64,000 nt of DNA from Octopus sinensis (taxonomy: Eukaryota), in the NCBI RefSeq assembly GCF_006345805.1, contig NC_043003.1, positions 110,236,001 to 110,300,000 of the forward strand, written 5' to 3'. The notes under the pieces are model-generated. The model was not told where the DNA came from. It saw only the letters and a program-made list of their open reading frames with translations, and did no database searches. Made by a program: the position numbers and the translations under genes. Below, piece by piece: positions 13,748 to 26,619 of this stretch (position 1 is its first letter; every line of letters starts with the position of its first letter).

Positions 13748-14688
13748 TTGAATGAATACTTTTGTTTTTTGATATTTCCAATGTTAACATGTATTCTACA
13801 AAACGATGAATAACACTTTTCTTTCCAAAAACGTGAATTCTATTCTGCAGAGGATATATAATATAAGGGGATTGTTATAGATAGATATAGATATACAATA
13901 GCATGCTATTATGTTTCAACTGAAAAAATTACTAGACAGAAAAAGAATACGCTACTTGATAAATTGTTTAAAGAGAAAATTTAGATAATCTCCTCCTGAT
14001 TGACCAATATTGTTTAGCTATTATCGTAATGGCTTTATTACTTATCTGGCTGACATTTTTTATACACACACATATACAAGCGTTTCCACACAGGCACACA
14101 CATGCACACACATGCACACGCTCACGCACTACTTATTCACACACGCATCACTCATTCACACACACGTGTGGGCTGGATCTGTATATTACTTGACCCCTAA
14201 CCTACTAAGCAGTTGTATATAAAAACATTTTCTCCACATTATATGGTACTTACGTATGACAGTAATTTACATATATACAGGAAACGCAATTATATATATT
14301 TTCGCATTGCTATCGAAGAATAACAATAACACGTTCTACAATTATTTCCATTTCACCATTGACAAACAAAATAATACGACGAGTGTGATAAATATATCGC
14401 CAGAGAGAGAACAAAAAAGAATTAGGGAAATTTTCATGCTGCCATAATAGTAATCACTCAACTCTAAATACCACCTACTACCTTGTGTGTTTATAAATGT
14501 ATGGACAAAGTAACAAGCGATTCACTAAATTGTAGCTAGATCTGGTGGAAACTGCAGCCTATCTTCCCCCGAATCACACTGCAATGCCTCGAGTAGCGTG
14601 CGTATTGTGAGAAATTATGTCCAATTTCGGCGTATTTGGCATTAGAAATTTTTTCGTTTGACCTTATTTATAAGTTGTATATTTATAA

Positions 14689-14895
14689 GATGCAGCACGG
14701 ATTTTTGTCAGTGAACAGGTCGCGGATTTTAGCGACGAAAATATTTTGACAAATTTAACTTAAATGTTGAAGTGAATCGAACGGCTTTTGTGTGTTTCTT
14801 AAATGGCTTACAAACACCTTCCACGCTGCAATTGTTTTCGTTTCAGCACACGATCTCAGATCAAATCAGTTGCTATGCGAGTACATCTCCGTAAT
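14689..14895. repeat. Interspersed repeat, second copy at 38159-38322
   Basis: About 145 bp shared: gatgcagcacg..gtcagtgaacagg..aaaatattttgacaaat..aaacaccttccacgctgcaattg. Confidence 0.85.
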
Positions 14896-14943
14896 ATATA
14901 TATATATATTGTAAAGGTATTATATATATATTATATATATTGT

Positions 14944-14996
<53 letters not shown>

Positions 14997-17900
14997 AACA
15001 AACACACATATATACATTATATGTATATACCTACGTATATTTATATATGTGTTTTGTGTTTTGTGTGTGTATGTATATATAAATATACATATTATTCAAA
15101 CTTGATCCAGGAAATAACAGATCTCCAGTTATCACATTTTTGGGTGTAGCTGATCCTAGACACATATCGTTAACTGAGTGATGGCTGTGATATATATCAG
15201 AATACCTATCAACTCTCTTATCTACCTGTGCTTTTCCTCATTCTTGTTATCTTTAATTGTTTGTGTTTGCCTTCAACGCAAACTTCTGACAGCTATTCAT
15301 TGGTGTGTAAATAAAAAATTAAAACGCGTCCATTTATTTTAAATTTTAACACAAAATCTGTAATGAGGTGTTGTTTTTGTAGATTACATCTATTCCAATG
15401 CTCAGCTAATACTTATTTTAGTCTCTCCGAAAGGAAGATTCCTCGGCAGAATTTGAACTCTGAAGATGTAAAAGATTTTGCCTGCTACAGATACGATCAT
15501 TCCATCTAGCTGCCCTTCGGCTGGTTAATAATAGAAATATTTTAATGTCAGTACCATTGACAGAAGATCATCACGACACTCACTCCATTCATTGGCTCAA
15601 ATTAAGTTTTCAAATGTTAGCTTATTGTAAAGGTATTACTGCTCGTTTACACAGGATATTATTGATTTTTGTGGTTGAGGACCTCAATCTTCTAACTAAA
15701 ACTTCATATGTATGCAATGATCTCAAAGAGAACTCATGAGGTCTGAATAATATAGTATTTAATATACTTCATAGTAACACGACGTAACGTTTGTCATTTG
15801 TACTTTCCTCACATTCTATGAAACCTTTCTATAATATTATTTAAGAAACATGTAAAAATTTGTCATTTTATTCTTTTTTAGAATAAAAACGTTTTCAAGT
15901 TGCTCTTCTGATATTACGGAAAGTATCTTCGTTCACCTACAATCTGGTGACATTTTATTGGTTGTCCCTTCTTCGGGCATTAAATAAAATGAGAACAGGC
16001 AGCATGAACTATTTCAAAAACTAATCCAAAAGCTTTCTGCTATATAAATAGTGCAGCTAAACATGATTAATCTTTTCTTAATTTGCTTCTAAGCTGTCAA
16101 TCATTACAATGCTACATCTCAATAAAAGGATATATTCTGTCATTTCACACGGAACATGTTCATCAGACGAGCAAGATATAGGATTTACAGATTATTTCTG
16201 TTATGTAGAAAAAGGGATTACGAATACCACAGAGAATATTGCTGCCTCCATTAAGAGTATACAGTGGGATAATTTAGTATGAACCGAATGTGTCTTAAGT
16301 ATTAAAAAATATTTTAAAAAAAAAGAATGCTATTTTTTTTTCTAATCCTTAATATAGTGAAATATGTTTAGCTAATTTGTTGGTTTATTACGTGTGAGAA
16401 ACTTCATGAACTTACGTATTAAGACTAAATATTAAAAAATATTTGAGTTATAGTTGCAGTACTGTCCTCTATATGACCTTCAGTAACATAATATGTAGTA
16501 GTGTGAATTGATGGGACATCGAATATCTTCCCCCTATATAAATGAAGGCCAGTGAATTACTGGATTACTTAGGGTTTCGGGAAGATGTCTTTTGATATTT
16601 ATTGCAGTTAAGTTCTAAGTTCAAAACACACAGACGGGGATCATATATTTCCTATATCTGAGATCGAGAAAAGTAAATACTAGTGCGATTTAATCGAGTG
16701 ATTTACCTTTCAAATTTCGGCGCCTTTTCTGTGTAAGAAATTAGCATATTAAATTCAAAATATTAACATTCGTATATGAGAAATAGATTTTAAAAATTCG
16801 ATTACTGATTTTGACTTACTAAGGACCTGTGAATTATTTTTAAAAGTTTTCTGATGATCCACACTTGTTAGACATCGTTACCATTGTCTAGTAAGTGTAA
16901 TGCAGTTGCATGTCTGAATAAATTTCGGAAGTCAATTTGTAAATTTTGTTTGGCCATTTTCAGAGACGAGAAGAATGAAATTTATATTTCGTAATAAAAC
17001 AGATGTTAACTCTCGATCAACACTGAAGTCCTGTATTGGCATGAATGGTTGTTGGAAACAGAGTATAAAATTTATTTATTTATTTACAGATCGCGTGTCT
17101 CTATAAATAATGAGTACAATACAAAAGAATTATTAATTAGAGGAATGGGAGAGAAATAATATAAAAGTTTCAGGTCGCTTGGATACCTTGTTGCACATTT
17201 TTTGTTCAAATTCCACAGGAATGAAATTATCCTGCCATTCACGTATTCAAATTGTATAGGAAGAATTCAATTATTATTGAATAAATGTGATTACAATAAA
17301 CTGCAGTTCTTGCCTGCAATTGTTTCTAGAAAGTAATATAAACAAATCATTGAATAATTACAGTGGATACGACGATGATCCTTATTACACGTATATGACT
17401 GTATAATATGTTGAGAAAATCGTTTACATTTCCAACTGAAATACTTTCTTTTTAATAGGAGTCTAAATAGTATTGGAGTTGATAGAAACGTAACGAATAA
17501 TCAACCTCGGTGGTGCTTCATCAAAATAATTAATTAATATAGTATACGTACGAAAGTAACATGTATATCAAAGTTTAACATACTTATAATTGGATTTTGA
17601 TATTCAGTCAGAAGAGCATTAACAATATACAGGATTATTCGTGAGATTATAGTGCTTAATCATAAGGAGCTAATATTATAAATGAGATGTTTTATTAAAT
17701 GAGGATTAGCGTAAGAATATTCAATGCTACATTTGTATATTATCATCCACACGATTAAGGCATACAGAGTACAAATATGAGACCTCATCAATTTACAAAG
17801 TTTCGTTGAATCATGTTTAAAATGAAAACAGAAATGCATTAAATACCTTCTTAAAACAAATACTACAAAGCTGTAGATTAATTGCGAAGTGTTACGAGGA

Positions 17901-19636
17901 ATTCGTAACTTCTGAGAGATCGTATGCGTCTATGCCATGTTTATGCGAAAGGACATTTTCCAAATTTTATGGAAGACGGATTATTTTGAAGATGCATAAA
18001 ACTAGAATTGGGAAGGCAGCTCAAAGAAATTGTGTATTGAATGTTTACAGTCTGTGCAATACTCTTTTATCTGGCGTTCTATATTCTATCGGCGATAAAT
18101 TTTGACCTTAAACAAAATCTGGCATTTTTATAACGGAAAGAAATCAATGTTAGAAAGCAGGAAAATCCTTAAACTTGTAATAAAATGCAAGATCACATAT
18201 CTGGGTAATATAAACGAAATATTGGGTCAAAATAAAATCTATAGTCAAGTTATGTTTTCAAAAACGATATCTATTACGCTGGCAAGCACTCCAGTATAAA
18301 ATCTAATTCCAGTCGAGGTAATATTTCGATGGATTTTTTATGAATATATCCATGTGTGTGTGGGTGGGGACGCGTCTGTGTGTGTACGCGTGTGTGTGTA
18401 AGGGCATGTATATATCCACACACCTGTCTATATACATATATATATACATATATATATCCACACATCTGTCTATGCACACACATGCGAGAGCACACACACA
18501 CAAACGCACGCACACACTCACACATATATATACATACATATTCAAGATGTATATTTAACAGAATTGGGTCAGTTTAGCTCTGATTTCATGCAGCGCAGGC
18601 GTTATTCACACCTTTAGTCACGTTTAGTTGAGGACTATAATTTTCCTTTATGGTTTAATATTGCAAATAACTGTTTTTATCAATTTTTCTATACACATTA
18701 GCAATCTGCTAAATCAGCCATAGATTTTTATGGTGAATACACATATTCCGATAGCCGACGTATCCCGGAATCAGCCGAACTAGTTGGCATCAACGGCCAT
18801 GACTACGGGAATAGCAGAAACTGACCGGTCCGTATAGGGACCACTTGGTTCGGTGTTTGGAGAGATTGCAGCCTCTATCAGAATATATGCTATATGCTTT
18901 ATAACAGTATTGTAGTATTTTAGCTTCTATTGCTAGCAATATAGTTGTTCTTCATACCATTTGTCACGTTCAGTTGACGACTATAATTTTCTTATATGAA
19001 TATGTGTGTGTATACGCATATATATATATATATATAAATATCAGTAAGAATATACTTATATATATGTAAGGTAATTTCTATTGAAATAATTGTCTTTATA
19101 TTTAAAGAGATGAGAGTGGAAACTCTGTAAAGAAACAGATACCTAGAGGCAAGTTCGAACGAATTGCATTTATCTGAGACGGAAAACCCATCAATTATTT
19201 ATTGTCTATTAAGTCCTAAAATAATCACTAACAGCAGACCTATGATACTCTTATAGACTTTATCTCTGCCCCTTTAACCAAATATATACATATTTATATA
19301 CATGCATACATACACACATACATACGTATATGCCAAATATAAATATAGTTGTAAACCATATAACAATAGTTTACAACTGTATTTTTTATATGCATACTTT
19401 TCGAGACTTATGTACAGAACTTATATTGTATATATTTATGTAACTAAAATATCTAGGATGTGTACAATATAGATATGTATGTAGAGAACATGGTGTATAT
19501 TTTCTACAACATACATGATTACTAATATATACGAATAAAAGAGTATAAAATCTAATCTAACGGGAATAAACATTAATTCGACAATATTAGTAAGATACCA
19601 TTACTAAATAGAAGTCATTACCTTTTGCCTTTGAAG

Positions 19637-19673
19637 GCCACCGCAGTGTCAGTTACCTTGAATAACCTAGCAG
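19637..19673 (+). other. Candidate 37-nt exon (ATAVSVTLNNLA)
   Basis: ccttttgcctttgaag|...CAG|gtaaag; only one frame is open. Confidence 0.3.
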
Positions 19674-19892
19674 GTAAAGTTTTTGAAATTTATGAAATTA
19701 TATAAAATTTTCCATCAAGCGATCAATCCCTGGAAAACGAGAAAATAATTGGTTGGACAAACAGAATTAGTAAGCATAAACTATCTCAACCAGCTTTTGC
19801 TATCGAACTTCTTAAGACATCTGATAACAGTAGACAGTTTGTGGTTTCGTAAAGGTTCTGTGATTTATTTGTTTGTTCTGTAATAATCAGAT

Positions 19893-20058
19893 AGGCGCAG
19901 GAGTGGGTGTGTGGTAAGTAGCTTGTTTACCAACCACATGGTTCCGGGTTCAGTCCCACTGCGTGGCACCTTCAGCAAGTGTCTTCTACTATAGCCTCGG
20001 GCCGACCAAAGCCTTGTGAGTGGATTTGGTAGACGGAAACTGAAAGAAGTCCGTCGTA

Positions 20059-20137
<79 letters not shown>

Positions 20138-20340
20138 TGTATGTGTGTGTGTTTGTGTGTCTGTGTTTGTCTCCCTAGCATTGCTTGTTTATGTTCCTGT
20201 CACTTAGCGGTTCAGGAAAAAGACACCGATAGAATAAGTACTGGGCTTACAAAGAATAAGTCCCGGGGTCGAGTTGCTCGATTAAAGGTGGTGCTCCAGC
20301 ATGGCCGCAGTCAAATGACTGAAACAAGTAAAAGAGAAAG
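19893..20340 (+). mobile_element. Near full-length tRNA-derived SINE with internal (TA)n(TG)n tract
   Basis: A-box-like tgggtgtgtgg, B-box-like ggttcagtcc, 3' tail gctccagcatggccgcagtcaaatgactgaaacaagtaaaag. Confidence 0.9.
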
Positions 20341-20622
20341 AGTATAGTGTGTAGAGTAACTAACATAGAAGACGTCTAAACGGTCGCTATTTTAAAGACG
20401 ATACAGTTTGATTTATTGAGTTTGTATTGCTTAATTAAAAATTCAATCCAAATGCAGAAAAACTCTCTTTTGGATCCATTGGAAGTGAAACTTTACCTAT
20501 GAGACTCAGTAAAAAGCGGCTGATCGTTGGTTTCACAATTCAGTTTAAATATCGTGTGCGATATTTTCTATATTTTACAAATTCCTGTGCTATATATATA
20601 TATATATATATTATATTTTATA

Positions 20623-20665
20623 TTTTATCTAGTTTCAGCTCACGAGCTGTGGCCATGCTGGGGCA
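20623..20665 (-). mobile_element. Isolated SINE 3' tail
   Basis: Reverse complement gccccagcatggccacagctcgtgagctgaaactag resembles the tail at 20294-20330. Confidence 0.6.
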
Positions 20666-20956
20666 ATTTACAAAACCTTGATTACTTGATTTTTCTGGGT
20701 TTTTCTTCCATTACCTTTTTCTTTTAGATTTAAGTTTAGAATTTATCGTTGGTAGAATATAGAAACCAGATAAAAGGGCAATCGGCTTACTCTGAAATCA
20801 CATAAACACCCTTTTTTAAGAGGCCACACTAAATGCATTACGTTGAAAGAGAACATGCAATAATAGGGCCTGGAACCGATTGCTCATGTGTGTTCATTTA
20901 TGGTTAATGTATGTTGAAAACAAAAACCAACAATTAATATGTCACATTCAAAATAA

Positions 20957-21090
20957 GACGGCAAGCTGGCAGTGAAGTAAGCAACACGTGTCTGTGGAGT
21001 GCTCAGCCACTTGCACGTTAATTTCACGAGCAGGCTGTTCCGTTGATCGGATCAACTGGAACCTTCGTCGTCATAACCGGCGGAGTGTCA
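20957..21090 (+). mobile_element. Internally deleted SINE with a head related to the 13747 family and a different tail
   Basis: gacggcaagctggcag head followed by a GC-rich body. Confidence 0.6.
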
Positions 21091-23095
21091 CGATGTCTAT
21101 GTATATATACGCATATATGTATATATGCATGGCTAGGAAACGCAGTTTTCTATAATAAATCTGTCACATCTTTGCTATGTGTTATTTTCTTCATGTGAAA
21201 AACAGAATCTCGTATCATAAGTACAATTCTGAACTCGATATATATTGTCACATCTCAAGCGATTTACCGTCCTACAGAGAATATTAATAAAACTATCATA
21301 TGTGCTGTCATGAATATATTGTTTATGTTAATCGAATATATATTCATCGACAAAAGTATATACAATAATGCGTGATACCAATTATAATGATTTCAAACAG
21401 AATCTCTTAGTGTTGATAAATCATTTTAGGTGTGACATTCTGGAGCGTCTAATGATAAATGATACATTTTTTTCATTTTGCGCATTAAGAATATGATATT
21501 CAAAAAGGTGCCTACTCTATATATTCTGAGAAAGGGTTAGTGTTATGGATTACAATATTCTAAAACCCTGTTGAGAAATACATTGTAAATCTGTTTCTAA
21601 TAGCCCCCACATAAACACACGCACACACATTATATATGTCACCAACATACTTGAGAGACTTGCTTCAAAACTACGTTCGATTCAGAGCGCTGCATCTTGC
21701 ACAAGTATTACTTTCTATAGCTGGAGGGGGAAAGTGTGTAGTGAACTATATAAAAAACCGCCAGTCGTATTGTAGTTCTAATTCAAATATAGAATCTTTT
21801 CACACGCTATGATATCTGCCTACAAGATACCTTCAGAGAGATGTCGTATGTGGCAAATGGTTCGAAAATAAGAATATTCATCGTTACACTGACGGTCAGT
21901 TGTAAAGAAGCATTTCTTATATATATATATATATATATATACATACATACATATATACATCCATATACACATACATATATTACAGACACGCACATATATA
22001 TGTATGCATACATGTGCACATATATCTATGATTGTATGTATATATTTATATGCGTGAGCAGATATATGAATATACGATTCATGCATGTAATTATGTAAAT
22101 AGATATAAGGAAACGAAATGCCAGAAACTTTAGACCGTCGGATCGATTTCATACCTGTAATCGGTTCGGTAGTTTCATATGAAATACTGTATTAGTGAAC
22201 TTCGCCTTAAGTAGATTACCAGTTCTGTAGGGTATGAAATCTAATTCCGTTGAAATTCGCCTCTTTTCTCAAATAAATATAGCATTATTCTTAACTATAC
22301 CAGCGCAAAGCCAGATGATTTCAACAAAGAATTGGAACCATGTTGCACGTAACTTAAAACTTCTTTTACGATCCCACGCACGTAAAAAAGTTTCAACCTA
22401 ATCAATAATATATCACGAAAAAAATAAAAAAACAACAACAATAGAATATGTAACAATTTTAAAATATAATTATCGACGTCAGCACTGTGTTAACGTAGCT
22501 GCCGTTCGAGAAACGTGTCCATTGATAAATTTGTAACATATCATCAATATTTCGAAGAAAACAATAATCTATTTTTTTTAATTGTAAGGCTAAAATTTCG
22601 CAAGCTATGATTAATTTCGAAACGTCTTAAAAAGTATTATATTGACAGGAAAAAAATTGAAACCATTCTATTTTTGGCGTCAAATTTTTTCACAACGCCA
22701 ATCTAATAGATTTTCATGCTCTACAGTAGAAAATATATAATTAATTATGCTGCTTATTCGTTTTACAAATATGCGAATGTCCATAGCTGTAAATCTAGGA
22801 TGTTGCGCTCATGATGGTTAGAGTTTGAGCTAAATCGTTCGAATTCTCGCAAGCAAGGTATTTATTTCTACCAACAGAGAATTGAAACGATCTTTCTGGT
22901 GTGGGTATGTCTGCATTTTCTGGAAAATACATAGGCACCTAAAACAATAAGCGAAACCGTGATACAATCCATCACCGCTATAATCCCTTTCGAGAGAGGT
23001 CTAAGTCATTACGGGTATGGATCGGAAAATCGGCATGTTACCTTACAAAATGCTTTGAACCGTACATACATGCATACATACATATATATATATAT

Positions 23096-23401
23096 ATCAC
23101 CGTGATCACCGTGACCGACCAGGCTATCAGATGTTGCTACACATCGCTGGTCACAATGCACTTCGCATTGTCTCAGCCTGCGAATGACGCCATCCCGCTC
23201 GCTAAGCGAGCAGGCCAACGGAAGAAAGAGTGAGAAAAAGTTGGAGCAAGAGACTACAGCAGAGATCGCCACCATCCCCTGCCGAAGTCTCGTGGAGCTT
23301 TAGGTGTTTTCGTTCAATAAACACTCACAAGGCCCGGTCCGGAATCGAAACCGCGATCCTACGACCACGAGTCCACTGCTCTAACCACTGGGCCATTCCG
23401 C

Positions 23402-23402
<1 letters not shown>
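23096..23402 (-). mobile_element. tRNA-derived SINE with clear A and B boxes
   Basis: Minus strand GGCGGAATGGCCCAGTGGTTAGAGC...GGTTTCGATTCC; tail gtcacggtgatcacggtgata. Confidence 0.9.
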
Positions 23403-23455
<53 letters not shown>

Positions 23456-23482
23456 GTATATATATATATATATATATATAAT

Positions 23483-23656
23483 TAATGAAGTAAACGGAAA
23501 ATGGATTTAGTAAGAATTTTTATTCAACACAAACATCGTTTCGACTAGTTCTGCATCTGTCCCTTATGGGTGGATTATTCTAGGTGCAGGATGGCTCGAA
23601 ACATTCATTGTGCTGATTAAAGATTCTTGCTAAATCCATTTCCCGTTTCCTTCATT
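23483..23656. repeat. Imperfect inverted repeat, about 75-bp arms
   Basis: taatgaagtaaacggaaaatggatttagtaagaatttttattcaacacaa pairs with ttgtgctgattaaagattcttgctaaatccatttcccgtttccttcatt. Confidence 0.85.
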
Positions 23657-23822
23657 CATTATAAACTCAAAGAACACTGCAATATTCTTGACGTAAATTC
23701 AGTGACAGTTATATCATAATCGTAGATGATAATAGGTAGTCTAAACTGTGAAAGATCTGTAATCGGCGTACTAATAGACATACACCCAAAGTACAAATAA
23801 TTACTAATGTGTGTTAGTGTGC

Positions 23823-23921
<99 letters not shown>

Positions 23922-23974
23922 GTATGTATATGTATGTATATGTATGCATATTCCTATTTATCGATACCTATTTT

Positions 23975-24830
23975 CAGGGTAGGTGGAAAGTAGCTGGGCA
24001 TTAGAAATTGCTTATATAATTTTCAGTATGTCTGAAGTCAGGACGAAAACATTTTTAAAACGGGCAACACTAATGGGGATTTTTATTTTTTTGGCTGTCT
24101 TATTTTTTATTTTACCAGATGGCCGGTCGCTTGATAGTTCATGAGCGATCTAAGATAGCAGCATGCTATGAATTGTGGGATTCCATTGTTTTGGTTCAGG
24201 GATGTTGGCGTGCATGGAAGGATAAGCATGCAACTCTACGTTCGGAGAGAATAAAATATTGTTATGCAACGCTGATGACCACGGGCTCCGTGAACGGTGC
24301 TAAAAGTGGCCGTCCAGCCACATCCCGATCAGCGGACAAGGTGACAACAGTTCAGGAAATGTTTAATCGCTGCCCACAAAACTCAACAGGTCAAGCAGCT
24401 CGTGAAAGTGAACTAACAACGCATACTATACGTATGGTGTTGCATAAAGAAATGAAATGTTGTCCGTGGAAACCACCTTACGTGCAGGGACTAACACCTG
24501 AAGACTGTGACCGCAGAAGTCCATGCGTCCAGAACGCCCAGAAATCCAGATTTCACTCCATATGATTTTTATCTGTGGAGTCACACACAAGATGAGGTGT
24601 ACAAGACAAAAGCCCAAACTCTGGAGGACTTGGATTCAGGTGGTTCTCAAAGATATCCTAGACGATGTCCTTTGGATGGTTGTTCATTCCATCCCTGGCC
24701 GTTTGAAGAAACTGGTTGACATTACCAGTGCTGAAGTTGAAATATAACGATTTATTTTAATTTTCCCATGTAATAAAGAACATATATCATTTGTTTCAAT
24801 ACATTTATTAAATGAAAATGGATTTTTTCA
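23975..24830 (+). mobile_element. Internally deleted IS630-Tc1-mariner transposon (mariner-like); transposase remnant 24119-24747
   Basis: N-terminal HTH (KSGRPATSR, STGQAARES), PWKP.YVQ.L..ED..RR fused to PRNPDFTPYDFYLW (WPPRSPDL..D motif) and C-terminus ..VEI; most of the catalytic domain is missing. Confidence 0.85.
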
Positions 24831-24849
24831 CCAGTTTATTGGATAAAGG

Positions 24850-25100
24850 CTATGATGAAACCAGTTGGTGTGTAGTGGATATAGGCGAATCTTCGAGTCT
24901 GTGAAAGGAAGGAATATCCATCAAACAAAGACGAAGTGTGTTTTGAAGCCGGTAACTGATAATCGCTCGGTGAATGCCGATAAATCGTTGGAGTGCTGGG
25001 ACCATCATGCATCTGATAAGGCGTGGTCTACAATGGACGATGACTTGTCTGCGATTTCTGCATGGTCAAAAATATTGCAAGCAGGAAAGTCTGAGTGATG
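24850..25100 (-). mobile_element. Possible N-terminal AP-endonuclease fragment of a CR1/L2-type LINE
   Basis: Frameshifted ..DKSSSIVDHALSD..DLSAFTE.. and DGYSFLSQTR resemble endonuclease domain I motifs. Confidence 0.4.
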
Positions 25101-25269
25101 TGAGAGATGATTAGTATTTAAAGCACTTCAGGTCAGTGCCTGGATTACCAGGCCTTTTGTGAATGGGTATAAGGCCACAAAACAGTCATGAGTCCGGTTC
25201 AAACGCAATACGTCCAGCTGCTGCCGGCCCACCGTGTGGAGAGATACTGAGTTTAACAGGCCGAAATCT

Positions 25270-25715
25270 TTGTTTTGGCCAGTATTGGTCCAGGCCATGT
25301 CTAACTTAATAGAACCACCTGGCGTAGTCTTTCAATTCAGGATTTGGGCACCAAGGCCCATTCGAGCAGATAATTAATTATTGTTTTCGGAGACATATCC
25401 GGGTGTGGGTGGGTTGTCCGGGACTGTTTGATGGAATTTGTCCAAAGACTTCTTGAATTTTGTGTGGTCAGTTTCTATTTGGACTTGTCCTGGTGTAATG
25501 TTGAAGAGAGCGGGTCCAATTGAGGTGAAATAATTGTGCCGTATTGTTGTTATGAGATGCGATTTTGATTTTTGTTGTGGACGGATGGCACGTGGTCCAA
25601 GACTTGGATGTATTTTGAAGGTGATGCCAACATCATTCGGACAGTGCTGATGTAATATTTTCCACATCATACAGATAATGTAGCGTTCAAGGTGTCGTTG
25701 CAGTGACACATACAA
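25270..25715 (-). mobile_element. 5'-truncated LINE 3' end (CR1/L2-group-like)
   Basis: ORF 25374-25715 [48 protein letters not shown] plus short 3' UTR. Confidence 0.8.
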
Positions 25716-25719
25716 ACAT

Positions 25720-26025
25720 ATATGTGTATATTTATGTATACGCGTATATAGATATACCTATTCATTTATATGTATACTCATGCATCTATATATATACATA
25801 TACATACATACATATATACATATATATATATACATGTATATGTACACACACATATATACATGCATACATATATATATATATATACATATAAATCTATATA
25901 TAAACATCTATACATGTATACATATGAGTACATATACATGCGTATATATATATATATATATACATAATATATATACCTATACATACTTATATATATATAC
26001 ATACTATATATACCTATGCATACAC

Positions 26026-26058
<33 letters not shown>

Positions 26059-26119
26059 ACGGGAAGCTTTATGAAAATAAACAAAAGACGAAGGCAGGTG
26101 GAAAACAAACGAACAATAT

Positions 26120-26161
<42 letters not shown>

Positions 26162-26180
26162 TATTTATACATGTATATAT
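25720..26180. repeat. Compound TA/TACA microsatellite block
   Basis: Direct reading. Confidence 0.95.
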
Positions 26181-26329
26181 CTAATGTGGGATGATAGTTT
26201 CGCTTTTAATAGTTTCAATATCATCTCACATTACAATAGAGTTGTTATTGTTTCATTTTTTACCCGTAATACCTAAACAGTCTAAGACATTGCTCTGGGT
26301 TTGCATTAGGCAATAAGTTGAAAAGTATT

Positions 26330-26465
26330 TTGACATTCCGTGGACACTTTTTCTGAAATTTGAAATGAAATCTGTGAAGTTTGAATGAAATCTGTTGGGT
26401 AATTCTCGAGTTATAGTGATGCACAAATACTGACCGGCACACAGATCCTCAGTTTTATATATACA
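26330..26465 (-). mobile_element. Probable non-autonomous Helitron 5' fragment
   Basis: Minus strand tatataaaactgagg..tgtg..ctcgagaattacccaacagatttcattcaaac has the same 5' architecture as the 54475 element. Confidence 0.45.
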
Positions 26466-26575
26466 TATATATAACTATGCACAAGTACATGCCGATATAT
26501 ATACATACATGTTTGTATGTGTTTGTGCATGCATGTATACATTGAAGCATACATACATACATACATATATGTTTA

Positions 26576-26619
<44 letters not shown>

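Noticed and set aside
16130-16175. Minus-strand CTGATGA...GAAA
   Set aside because: Stem II is only 3 bp and there is no stem I pairing.
18740-18890. GC-rich island between 35-bp direct repeats (about 18615 and 18962), possible minus-strand exon
   Set aside because: All three frames are open over the 49-nt candidate, the acceptor is weak, and there is no homology clue.
23330-23402. tRNA gene
   Set aside because: A and B boxes are present but there is no complete cloverleaf, and it continues into a SINE body.
24273-24300. CTGATGA followed by a hairpin inside the mariner ORF
   Set aside because: Followed by GAAC rather than GAAA and no stem I/III; coincidental.
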